This document shows, one piece after another, positions 28,204-36,306 of a DNA stretch of 64,000 bases. Location: the IMG/VR virus record IMGVR_UViG_3300025450_000002, positions 1,738-65,737 of that record, one strand, 5' to 3'. The number at the start of each line of letters is the position of its first letter. The first letter of the stretch is position 1. Below the pieces are notes generated by a model. The model made no database searches. It worked only from the letters and a program-made list of their open reading frames with translations, and had not been told where the DNA came from. This DNA is from a virus (Duplodnaviria > Caudoviricetes). The position numbers were made by a program, and so were the translations under genes.

Positions 28204-28458
28204 ATGTCAACAAGCTCTTTCCCAAGTCCACCACCATTGAGTATATCTTTACCAAATTTAAATATACCATTACCACAAGCACCACCCGAGTATTTACCAA
28301 ATGAAATAGCTGAATATTTAAAGAGTATGGGTTGGGAGATGAACATGAACGGTTCACAATACTTTTTTAGATCGTTGAATGGTCGCCCAGCAGGTTATTA
28401 CAGTTGGAGTGAAGCAGTAACGTATTGCCTAATTAAACCATTTTTAAAGGAGGAGTAA
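28204..28458 (+). CDS. Hypothetical protein
   Basis: 84 aa; AAGGA RBS. Confidence 0.65.
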   Translation: MSTSSFPSPPPLSISLPNLNIPLPQAPPEYLPNEIAEYLKSMGWEMNMNGSQYFFRSLNGRPAGYYSWSEAVTYCLIKPFLKEE

Positions 28459-28459
28459 G

Positions 28460-28810
28460 ATGAGTGAAGAAAAACAAATTGATATTAGCAACGGAGTGAA
28501 CATCGTGTTGGCAAGAATGGACACGCACCCTGAGGAGTTTTGGGGCGAGTGCGAGAAGTGGCGCTTCATCTATAAAGAATATTTTAGAGATGCCATGACA
28601 GAAGTGCAGAAGGGACAGATCTTCGAGAAAATCAAACAGATTCGCATGGAAGAATTTAACCACATGGTATTTGCTACGCTGACCGAAGAGGAAGAAAAAG
28701 AAGAGGAAGAGGACGGTTGGACACCATCCACAGGAATATTTGGAAGTGCGCCAATGAAACGTGAAGGCAGTTCGGTTAACTACCATACTAAGTGGAAGGC
28801 AAAGAAATGA
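28460..28810 (+). CDS. RMxTHPxEF family paralog 1
   Basis: GVNIVLARMDTHPEEF. Confidence 0.75.
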   Translation: MSEEKQIDISNGVNIVLARMDTHPEEFWGECEKWRFIYKEYFRDAMTEVQKGQIFEKIKQIRMEEFNHMVFATLTEEEEKEEEEDGWTPSTGIFGSAPMKREGSSVNYHTKWKAKK

Positions 28811-29160
28811 ACGGTGGAGTAGAAATATTATTAGCGAGGATGGATACGCACCCTGAGGAGTTCTTTCAAGACAGTAGGTGGCGCAATCTTATTATGGACT
28901 TTGTTAGGGACTTACCTAAAGAGGATGTTCAAGCATTAGAAAATAAACTGAAAGAGTGTCGTCAGAAAGAATTTACAGGGATAGTCTTAGAGCGCTTGGT
29001 CAATGAAGAGAAGGAAGATAAAAGACTTATGAGAAATTATAGTAATCCGATGATGTTTCATGGCTTTACGCAATTAGATGCTGATGAAGAGGATATGAAG
29101 GAAGACGGACTGAGCGATGCACAGATTGCAGTAATTAAAAAGATGAAAGGTGAGAAATGA
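28807..29160 (+). CDS. RMxTHPxEF family paralog 2 (start corrected)
   Basis: MNGGVEILLARMDTHPEEF; ATGA overlap. Confidence 0.75.
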   Translation: MNGGVEILLARMDTHPEEFFQDSRWRNLIMDFVRDLPKEDVQALENKLKECRQKEFTGIVLERLVNEEKEDKRLMRNYSNPMMFHGFTQLDADEEDMKEDGLSDAQIAVIKKMKGEK

Positions 29161-29555
29161 CAGCAAATGAATTAATAGATAAGTTAGAAAGTGTAAGTAT
29201 TAGATTGCTGGGTAAAGAAACTGAGCAAGCAGGTAGAGCTATTATTCTTTACAGAGAATCAGCGATTATGCTACTCCAACAAGCCCAAAAAATAGAAGCG
29301 TTGAAAAAAGAACTAGCACTACAAAGACTATCTGATTTTAGTCAAGAGATTGAGGATAGGGAATCTGCTATATACGCAACTGGCTATTGGAAAGGCATTG
29401 AGTATAAAAAAATGCGTGAATTAAGTGATGCAACAATACGAGAACTGTCAGTTGCTTTTATGTTGGTATTACGCAGAACTCCTGAAGATGAACTTTTTGA
29501 AAATGTATATGAATATTCAAAATTACTATTAAAGAAAGCGAGTAGTGAGAAATGA
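29157..29555 (+). CDS. Hypothetical protein
   Basis: 132 aa; ATGA overlaps at both ends. Confidence 0.7.
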   Translation: MTANELIDKLESVSIRLLGKETEQAGRAIILYRESAIMLLQQAQKIEALKKELALQRLSDFSQEIEDRESAIYATGYWKGIEYKKMRELSDATIRELSVAFMLVLRRTPEDELFENVYEYSKLLLKKASSEK

Positions 29556-29698
29556 CACCTAGAGAAGAACTTGTTTACAAATTACGCAGTGAAGGAATGA
29601 TATACAGATTAATAGGTGAACAGCTTGGGGTTACAGGTGTAAGAGCGAATCAAATTTACAAAAAATGCCTAAGAAAAAATGCTAAGAAAGGCGAGTGA
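29552..29698 (+). CDS. Mini sigma70 region-4-like HTH protein (48 aa)
   Basis: Missed by ORF track; MTPREELVYKLRSEGMIYRLIGEQLGVTGVRANQIYKKCLRK. Confidence 0.7.
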   Translation: MTPREELVYKLRSEGMIYRLIGEQLGVTGVRANQIYKKCLRKNAKKGE

Positions 29699-29701
29699 GA
29701 A

Positions 29702-29803
29702 ATGAGTACGTTTTTTGAGTGGTACATTGAAATTTTATGGTTAAGTATGTTTTTAGTTGGTTTTGCTATTGGTGTTGCTTTAAAGATAGGGAAAAAGAAA
29801 TGA
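29702..29803 (+). CDS. Membrane micro-peptide (33 aa)
   Basis: MSTFFEWYIEILWLSMFLVGFAIGVALKIGKKK; stop overlaps next ATG. Confidence 0.6.
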   Translation: MSTFFEWYIEILWLSMFLVGFAIGVALKIGKKK

Positions 29804-30204
29804 ACGCAGGAATTGAAATAATACTAGAGCGTATGAAGACACACCCTGATGAGTTTGTGATAGGATCACCGATCACTTATGATAGTAAATGGGGAAGTTT
29901 TCTTAGAGAGATAATGGACGCTGAATACTTTGATGAAACAGAAAAAGATGCAGTCCGTATCGCTGTTCGTGAAGCAAACCGAGAGGGTTTTACTGGTCGT
30001 GTGATGCAACATTTAGCAGGAGAGGGCGAAGCGAGTGACATGGGAAAGTTCCAATCCCACACGTTTACCACGCAACCAATAAACCCCTATTATGGTCAGG
30101 GGCTGATCAGTCAGTTACAAGCTGGGCAAATAGGCTTAGCCTCGGCACAACAACAGTCGGCGCAACAATCTTCCCTAAGTAAGACGAAGGCAAAACTTAA
30201 ATGA
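29800..30204 (+). CDS. RMxTHPxEF family paralog 3 (start corrected)
   Basis: MNAGIEIILERMKTHPDEF. Confidence 0.75.
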   Translation: MNAGIEIILERMKTHPDEFVIGSPITYDSKWGSFLREIMDAEYFDETEKDAVRIAVREANREGFTGRVMQHLAGEGEASDMGKFQSHTFTTQPINPYYGQGLISQLQAGQIGLASAQQQSAQQSSLSKTKAKLK

Positions 30205-32093
30205 ATCTAATAACATTAGATTTTGAGACGATGTATAGTCAAGACTACTCGCTAACGAAACTCACTACTGAGGAATACATTAGAGACAAACGCTTCGAGG
30301 TGATAGGTGTCGGAGTTAAACTAAACGATGGTGTTACTGAGTGGTTTAGTGGTTCGCATCTTGAGGTCGCTAAATACCTTTCCACCCTGCCGTGGAACGA
30401 TAGTGCCTTACTCTGTCATAACACAATGTTTGATGGTGCGATTCTTAAGTGGCGCTTTCAATTAAGTCCTAAGTTATATCTTGATACTTTGTGTATGGGT
30501 AGGGCTATACATGGCGTAGATGTAGGCGGATCATTAGCCTACCTTGCTGAAAAATATAATTTAGGGAAGAAGGGACATGAGGTAGTTGAGGCTAAAGGTA
30601 AAAATATAACTGGTTTCACAAATAGCGAACTTGCCCAATACGGCGAGTATTGTAAAAATGATGTGGAGTTAACTTTCAAACTTTTCCAAGTATTGTCTAG
30701 TGCGTTTCCTGCCGATGAGATAAACCTGATCGACATGACTTTACGTATGTTTATTCAACCTGTATTACGAGTTGATTATGATTTATTGCAAGAACGATTG
30801 GAAGAACTGAAGCATGAGAAGTTACAGTTATTAGGGACGCTCAAAGAGAAACTAAGTTGTGAAAACGAAGAAGCTGTGCGTAAACGCTTGGCAAGTAATA
30901 AGCAGTTTGCAGGTTTGCTCAAAGAGTTTAATATCCCAGTGCCATTAAAAATAAGTCCTACTACTGGTAAAGAAACATTTGCATTAGCCAAGAACGATAC
31001 AGGCTTTATTGAGTTAGTAGAACATGAAGACCCGTTCGTACAACAACTCGCTGCGGTGCGTTTGGGAACGAAATCAACAATTGAGGAGAGTAGAATTGAA
31101 CGGTTTATCGACGTTGGGGCTAGGAACAAGGGTATGCTACCAATCCCCCTTAAATATTATGGCGCACATACAGGTAGGTGGGCGGGTTCGGACAAGGTCA
31201 ACTTCCAAAACTTACCGAGTAGAGACAAGAAGAAAAAGGCTCTTAAAAATGCCGTTATCGCTCCTGACGGGTATGTCGTTATCAACTGTGATTCGTCGCA
31301 AATTGAAGCTAGAGTCCTTGCGTGGTTATCAGGTCAGGAAGGGCTGGTCAATTCGTTTGCCAATGGGAACGATGTTTACTCCGAGTTTGCGTCGAAAATA
31401 TATGAAAGACCAATCAGTAAAAAAGACCCTATTGAAAGGTTTGTGGGCAAGACGTGCATACTCGGGCTGGGATATGGGACTGGTGCGTTAAAGTTACAAC
31501 ACACATTAAAGACACAACCCCCTGGAGCTGACCTTACGGAAGATGTGTGTGATGATATTGTTAAGCTATACAGATCTGAGAATGATCAGATTGTGAAGCT
31601 GTGGAAGGAAGGCGACAAAGCATTAAAGGCTATGAATAATTGGACTAAAGATAAAAAGCCTTTCTACTATGGCAAGCATAGATGTGTTGAAGTGCATAGC
31701 GATGGTATACGCTTGCCGAACGGACTCTATATCCGTTACCCTGAACTCCAGCTTAACACTGATGAACTTATTAGCGGATACCAATATAAGTCACGCAAAG
31801 GGCCCGTTAGTTTGTGGGGCGGATCAGTTGTGGAAAACGTAGTGCAAGCACTTGCAAGAATTATTGTAGGTGAACAGATGTTAAAACTAACTGAGCGTTA
31901 TCGCCCAGTGCTTACTGTACACGACGCAGCGGTGTGTGTCGTGCCTGAAGATGATGTAGATGAGGCTTGTGCATGGATCGTCGAGGTCATGTCAACAGCA
32001 CCAGACTGGGCTAAAGGACTACCCGTCGCTTGTGAGGCTCAATATGGATATAACTATGGGGAAATGAAAGAATGGAAACCGAAGAAAGAATAA
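30201..32093 (+). CDS. DNA polymerase family A with 3'-5' exonuclease
   Basis: ExoI LDFET, HNxxFD, TGRW...NFQNLP, motif A DSSQIEAR, motif B RFVGKxxxLGxGYG, motif C VHD. Confidence 0.92.
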   Translation: MNLITLDFETMYSQDYSLTKLTTEEYIRDKRFEVIGVGVKLNDGVTEWFSGSHLEVAKYLSTLPWNDSALLCHNTMFDGAILKWRFQLSPKLYLDTLCMGRAIHGVDVGGSLAYLAEKYNLGKKGHEVVEAKGKNITGFTNSELAQYGEYCKNDVELTFKLFQVLSSAFPADEINLIDMTLRMFIQPVLRVDYDLLQERLEELKHEKLQLLGTLKEKLSCENEEAVRKRLASNKQFAGLLKEFNIPVPLKISPTTGKETFALAKNDTGFIELVEHEDPFVQQLAAVRLGTKSTIEESRIERFIDVGARNKGMLPIPLKYYGAHTGRWAGSDKVNFQNLPSRDKKKKALKNAVIAPDGYVVINCDSSQIEARVLAWLSGQEGLVNSFANGNDVYSEFASKIYERPISKKDPIERFVGKTCILGLGYGTGALKLQHTLKTQPPGADLTEDVCDDIVKLYRSENDQIVKLWKEGDKALKAMNNWTKDKKPFYYGKHRCVEVHSDGIRLPNGLYIRYPELQLNTDELISGYQYKSRKGPVSLWGGSVVENVVQALARIIVGEQMLKLTERYRPVLTVHDAAVCVVPEDDVDEACAWIVEVMSTAPDWAKGLPVACEAQYGYNYGEMKEWKPKKE

Positions 32094-32368
32094 AAGCACT
32101 TGAAGAACAAGTTAAAGATTTAGAACGAGGATTAAAGCATCTCTTGATAGCACATAGAGGGTTTACAGATTCTATTGTTACCGCCGAAGAACGTAACGAG
32201 ATTGAGTATTCTAAACTTAGAGTTGAACGCCAAGCCATGAGTTTAGTAAATCAAAGAATGATCGAACGTAAATATTCAGAGTATGCTGGTGAAATAGAAA
32301 GAATAAAAGATCACATGCGAATTATGGAGCAAGACAACCCATTCCTAAAAGGAAATTATGGAAATTAA
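32072..32368 (+). CDS. Hypothetical coiled-coil protein
   Basis: 98 aa, in operon. Confidence 0.6.
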   Translation: METEERIKALEEQVKDLERGLKHLLIAHRGFTDSIVTAEERNEIEYSKLRVERQAMSLVNQRMIERKYSEYAGEIERIKDHMRIMEQDNPFLKGNYGN

Positions 32369-32540
32369 AATACCCGTATTCACAGCTATCCGTTACATGG
32401 TCTACGAACTTGATAGTCCGCTAAGAGGATTTGCAACCAAGAAAGAGGCTGATGAGTTTGCTTCTAAAGATTCTGATTTAAGAGTTAAATTTATACCCCA
32501 AAAGTATAAAACTTATGAAGTAGAGGAAGCACCGTTTTGA
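32358..32540 (+). CDS. Hypothetical protein
   Basis: 60 aa; AAGGA RBS. Confidence 0.6.
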   Translation: MEIKIPVFTAIRYMVYELDSPLRGFATKKEADEFASKDSDLRVKFIPQKYKTYEVEEAPF

Positions 32541-32680
32541 AAACTAAACGAATCGGATGGATGTCTTCAGGCGCACTATATACCAAGAGCGTAAAATTTT
32601 TTTGGTTTAGTAGACGCAAGCGTGACGGATATGACATACCGATATATACTGATGAAAAACTTTTTAAGAAAGGTAAGAAA

Positions 32681-32980
32681 ATGGCTAAGAAGAAACTGGA
32701 AGTAGCAGTGCCAGCTATCAAAGAGAAGTCTGGTAAAGTTGTCAAAGCGCCGAGCAAGGCATGGTCGCATGATGAGTTGATTGCTAAAGAGGGCAAAAAA
32801 GCTAAAGGCGCTAAACACGAGTTTGCATTAACTGATGGAGAAGTAGTTAATCGCAAGAAGGCTGCGAAGGTAGCAGAGAAAGCAGGTGAAGTTCCCAAGT
32901 CAGTAGGTAAGAAACTTCATAGCCATGACTTACGCAAGGCGGCCCGCATTAAAAAGATCAAAGAGAGTAGCATAAAATGA
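32681..32980 (+). CDS. Lys-rich hypothetical protein (start likely 32681)
   Basis: AAGG RBS before ATG 32681; FxxTDGxxVNRxxAxxxA...LHSHDL. Confidence 0.6.
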   Translation: MAKKKLEVAVPAIKEKSGKVVKAPSKAWSHDELIAKEGKKAKGAKHEFALTDGEVVNRKKAAKVAEKAGEVPKSVGKKLHSHDLRKAARIKKIKESSIK

Positions 32981-33162
32981 GTAAAGAACGCATGTCTTTA
33001 GAAGAAATACTTGGTCGGCAAAACAACATGACACAGCATGAGGTTGCTGAAGCACTAGGAATATCTAGATCGCAAGTCGATACTTTAGAGAAACTTGCGT
33101 TGCGAAAATTAAGGCATTATTTAAAGCAAAAAAACTATACCAAAGAAGACTTTTTAGTGTAA
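32977..33162 (+). CDS. Mini sigma70 region-4-like HTH protein
   Basis: MTQHEVAEALGISRSQVDTLEKLALRKLR. Confidence 0.8.
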   Translation: MSKERMSLEEILGRQNNMTQHEVAEALGISRSQVDTLEKLALRKLRHYLKQKNYTKEDFLV

Positions 33163-33171
33163 TATGTATAG

Positions 33172-33825
33172 ATGAACTTTACATGGTCATTCTCCTCTCT
33201 TAAAGACTATATTAACTGTCCTAAGCAGTATCAGGAAGTTAAGGTTCTTAAACGCTACGTCAAATATCCGACGGAGCAGATGCGTTATGGTACGGAAGTG
33301 CATAAGGCTTGCGAGGACTACGTTGCTAGAGATATACCGCTTGCGAAGAACTATCAGAGGTTTCAGAGTACACTCGATTCACTACGGGCTATTCCGGGTG
33401 TAAAGTATCCTGAGCATCAGATGGCACTCTCATCAGCGAAAGAACCATGTGCGTATGGTAAAGGTTATTGGGTACGAGGGATTGTAGACTTGCTAATCGT
33501 GGATGGTAATGAGGCTTTTATCATTGACTATAAAACAGGCAGTGCAAAATACCCTGACGTAAAACAATTAACTTTGATGGCTTTAATGACGTTCGCTCAC
33601 TTCCCTGAAGTTAACAATATAAAGGCTGGTCTATTGTTTGTCATGCACGATGCTTTCGTTACTGAAGTTTATAGACGTGAGAACATAGATAAGATGTGGG
33701 AAACTTTTGAATCCCACCTTGAAAGATTACAGCTTTCATACGAAAATGATGTTTGGCAAGCTAATCCAACACCTCTTTGCCCGTGGTGTCCAGTTAAGAC
33801 TTGCGAATTCCATAAGGAGAGATGA
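33172..33825 (+). CDS. PD-(D/E)XK Cas4/RecB-like exonuclease
   Basis: WSFSSL...CP, GTEVH, RGIVD...IDYKTG, CPWCxxxxC. Confidence 0.85.
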   Translation: MNFTWSFSSLKDYINCPKQYQEVKVLKRYVKYPTEQMRYGTEVHKACEDYVARDIPLAKNYQRFQSTLDSLRAIPGVKYPEHQMALSSAKEPCAYGKGYWVRGIVDLLIVDGNEAFIIDYKTGSAKYPDVKQLTLMALMTFAHFPEVNNIKAGLLFVMHDAFVTEVYRRENIDKMWETFESHLERLQLSYENDVWQANPTPLCPWCPVKTCEFHKER

Positions 33826-34169
33826 TGCCATACGTTAACAAACCTAGACCATACGCAAAAGAATATCAACAAGAGAAATCACGTGGTGAACATGAACGAC
33901 GCATGGAGCGTCAACGTGCTAGACGTGCGATTGATAAAAAGTTTGCAGACAAGAACAAGAACGGCAAAGCCGATATCCGTGAGGGCAAAGACGTAGCACA
34001 CGTCAAAGCGCTCGATAAAGGTGGATCAAATAAAGCTGGTGTGTTTATTGAGAGCGCACATGGCAATCGTTCTTTTAAGAGAGATTCAAAAGGTAATCTG
34101 ATTTCCGAGAAGTCTAAGAAAGAAAAAGGCGGAGAGAAGAAATTAAGTAAGGTAGTAAAAGTTAAATAG
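33822..34169 (+). CDS. HNH-like small basic protein
   Basis: DVAHVKALDKGGSN...NRS. Confidence 0.7.
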   Translation: MMPYVNKPRPYAKEYQQEKSRGEHERRMERQRARRAIDKKFADKNKNGKADIREGKDVAHVKALDKGGSNKAGVFIESAHGNRSFKRDSKGNLISEKSKKEKGGEKKLSKVVKVK

Positions 34170-34310
34170 TTTGTTACGTCGGACGTCGTAAGGCATGAGT
34201 GGACTAAAACCATGTCAGTTGAGCGGTGAACTGAAGACTAGTGTAACCCCATTAGCACTTCTCCTTGCACGACAGGCTCAACCGATTAACTCCCGTAAGG
34301 AGTTGTTAAA
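34170..34310 (+). ncRNA. Putative structured sRNA presenting an anti-Shine-Dalgarno loop complementary to early-gene RBSs
   Basis: Stems GGCAUG/CAUGUC, GUUGAGC/GCUCAAC, GUGUAA/UUGCAC, AACUCC/GGAGUU; ACUUCUCCUU (34257-34266) is the reverse complement of AAGGAGAAGU. Confidence 0.6.
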
Positions 34311-34328
34311 TTTAGTTAAGGGACAGTC

Positions 34329-35891
34329 GTGGAAATAGTACAAAATCAAGCGGTAAAAGTTGTTATACAGTCAGATAATGTTGGGTTAATAACTAATCAT
34401 ATAGAAAAAAGCGAAATACTGACAGACAACGGGAATCATGCTGAAGTGTTAGTGTATTGGGGTATTGAAGAAATGCAACACCTAACAAAAGTCCTTCAGG
34501 AAAAAGTTCCATCACCGATAGAAAAGGATTACATCTGGCCCGGAATGTATACACCATTCCATCATCAAAAAGTTACAGCATCATTCCTCTCCTTACATCA
34601 ACGCGCTTTCTGTTTCAATGAAGCTGGTACAGGTAAAACATCTTCAGTCATTTGGGCTATCGACTATCTAATGTCTCAAGGTTTAGTTAAGCGTGTGCTG
34701 GTTATCTGTCCTTTATCAATTATGTATTCAGCATGGCAGGCAGACATTTTTAAAACTGCTATGCACCGCACCGTTGCAGTCGCTTATGGAGATGCAAGCA
34801 AACGCAAGAAAGTTATCAATGGGGCTTATGAGTTTGTAATCATTAACTATGATGGTGTAAATATTGTCCGTGAAGATGTTGCTAAAGCAGGCTTTGACCT
34901 GATCGTAGTTGATGAAGCTAATGCCTACAAGACTGTTACCACAAAGCGCTGGAAGACGTTGGCAAAGCTAATCACCCCTAGTACACGCTTATGGATGTTA
35001 ACAGGTACGCCTGCATCTCAGTCACCAGTAGATGCCTTCGGTCTAGCAAAGCTCGTCTCGCCCGCTAATGTGCCGAAGTATCTTACGGCATGGAGAGATA
35101 AAGTAATGTACCAAGTTACTAAATTTAAATACGTACCTAGACCTACTGCACGGCATGATGTCTACAATGCTTTGCAACCAGCAATAAGATTTGAGAAAGC
35201 GCAGTGTCTCGATTTACCACCAGTCATGTATCAGACACGTGAAGTACCACTTAGCGTTCAAGTAACTAAATACTATAACAATATAAAAAACCAAATGCTT
35301 ATAGAAGCCGCAGGAGAAAAAGTTAGCGCTGTCAATGCGGCGGCGAAGCTAACAAAGCTATTACAGATTTCGGGAGGGGCTGTCTATACGGACACCCATG
35401 ATATTGTGGAGTTTGATGTATCACCACGATTAAATGCCCTAACGGAGGTGCTTGATGAGACAGAACATAAAGTTATTATATTTGTTCCGTATGGTCACAC
35501 CATTGATTTAGTTTCTAAACATTTACAAGGAGAAGGAGTTACAAATGAAATTATTAGAGGAAGCGTAAGCGCAAGAGAACGATCTGAAATCATTAACCGT
35601 TTTCAGACAACAGATTTTCCACGGGTTTTAATCATTCAACCACAATCAGCATCACATGGTGTTACTTTAACCGCTGCCAATACTGTAGTCTTTTGGTCGC
35701 CGGTCATGAGTGTGGAAACATATTTACAATGTATTGCTCGTATTGATCGTGTAGGTCAAGTGAATAACATGACTGTAGTTCATTTACAAGGCTCAGAGGT
35801 CGAACGAAAGATGTATGCGATGCTACAAGGCAAGGTAGATAACCATGAGAAGTTGGTTGATTTATACAAGGAAGAGTTAGGAATAAAATGA
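34329..35891 (+). CDS. SNF2-family helicase
   Basis: NEAGTGKT, VVDEA, LTGTP, QxxARIDRxGQ. Confidence 0.9.
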   Translation: MEIVQNQAVKVVIQSDNVGLITNHIEKSEILTDNGNHAEVLVYWGIEEMQHLTKVLQEKVPSPIEKDYIWPGMYTPFHHQKVTASFLSLHQRAFCFNEAGTGKTSSVIWAIDYLMSQGLVKRVLVICPLSIMYSAWQADIFKTAMHRTVAVAYGDASKRKKVINGAYEFVIINYDGVNIVREDVAKAGFDLIVVDEANAYKTVTTKRWKTLAKLITPSTRLWMLTGTPASQSPVDAFGLAKLVSPANVPKYLTAWRDKVMYQVTKFKYVPRPTARHDVYNALQPAIRFEKAQCLDLPPVMYQTREVPLSVQVTKYYNNIKNQMLIEAAGEKVSAVNAAAKLTKLLQISGGAVYTDTHDIVEFDVSPRLNALTEVLDETEHKVIIFVPYGHTIDLVSKHLQGEGVTNEIIRGSVSARERSEIINRFQTTDFPRVLIIQPQSASHGVTLTAANTVVFWSPVMSVETYLQCIARIDRVGQVNNMTVVHLQGSEVERKMYAMLQGKVDNHEKLVDLYKEELGIK

Positions 35892-36280
35892 GCGATATAA
35901 ATTTAGATGAATTAGTAAAAATTTACTTGACAATAAGAAGTGAACGTGAAAAACTAGAGCTTCAAGACAGAGAACTGAAAAACGATTTAGATATGATAGC
36001 TCAACAAATGTTAATCAAGTGCAACGAGGCTAATGCCACAAGCATTAAAACCAACGAAGGCACTGTAGTTAAGAAGTTAAGCGAAAGATTTACTTTGTCT
36101 GATAGAAGTAGTTTTGATGCATTTGTCCGTGAGCATGATGCCATTGAGTTGTATGAGGCACGTATTCATCAGGGCAATTTTAAAGAATTTATTTCTGAAA
36201 GAGGGGACGAAGGTTTACCTCCAGGAGTGAATGTTATGAGAGAGTTTACAATCGTAGTTCGTAAACCAAGCTCAGATTAG
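35888..36280 (+). CDS. Conserved replication-module protein
   Basis: Coiled-coil N-terminus; LPPGV C-terminus; between helicase and SSB-like gene. Confidence 0.65.
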   Translation: MSDINLDELVKIYLTIRSEREKLELQDRELKNDLDMIAQQMLIKCNEANATSIKTNEGTVVKKLSERFTLSDRSSFDAFVREHDAIELYEARIHQGNFKEFISERGDEGLPPGVNVMREFTIVVRKPSSD

Positions 36281-36306
36281 TTTAATTAAGTTAAAAGGAG
36301 TTTTAA

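Larger units (their letters stand above)
16943..30397. repeat. Dispersed palindrome family TTCCAC-N6-GTGGAA (12 sites with 0-1 mismatch)
   Basis: Perfect: 16943, 17839, 18406, 21422, 30380. One mismatch: 18645, 19925, 20312, 23059, 26312, 26972, 27519. Confidence 0.85.

Noticed and set aside
16943-30397. Palindromes as DnaA boxes, CRP sites or canonical parS
   Set aside because: The base after CAC is never A, half-site orientation is opposite to CRP (TGTGA-N6-TCACA), and canonical parS has no 6-bp spacer.
16300-31000. Apparent scarcity of GGCC and CCGG in the early arm (restriction avoidance)
   Set aside because: Impression only; cannot be quantified without a k-mer count.
33911-34267. Minus-strand gene driven by the AAGGAGAAGT site at 34257-34266
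   Set aside because: The adjacent ATG gives only MGLH-stop; the 100-aa track ORF starts elsewhere and is antisense to the HNH-like gene.
34170-34310. tRNA gene
   Set aside because: No T-loop GTTCRA and no cloverleaf with an acceptor stem; no tRNA was recognised anywhere in the window.
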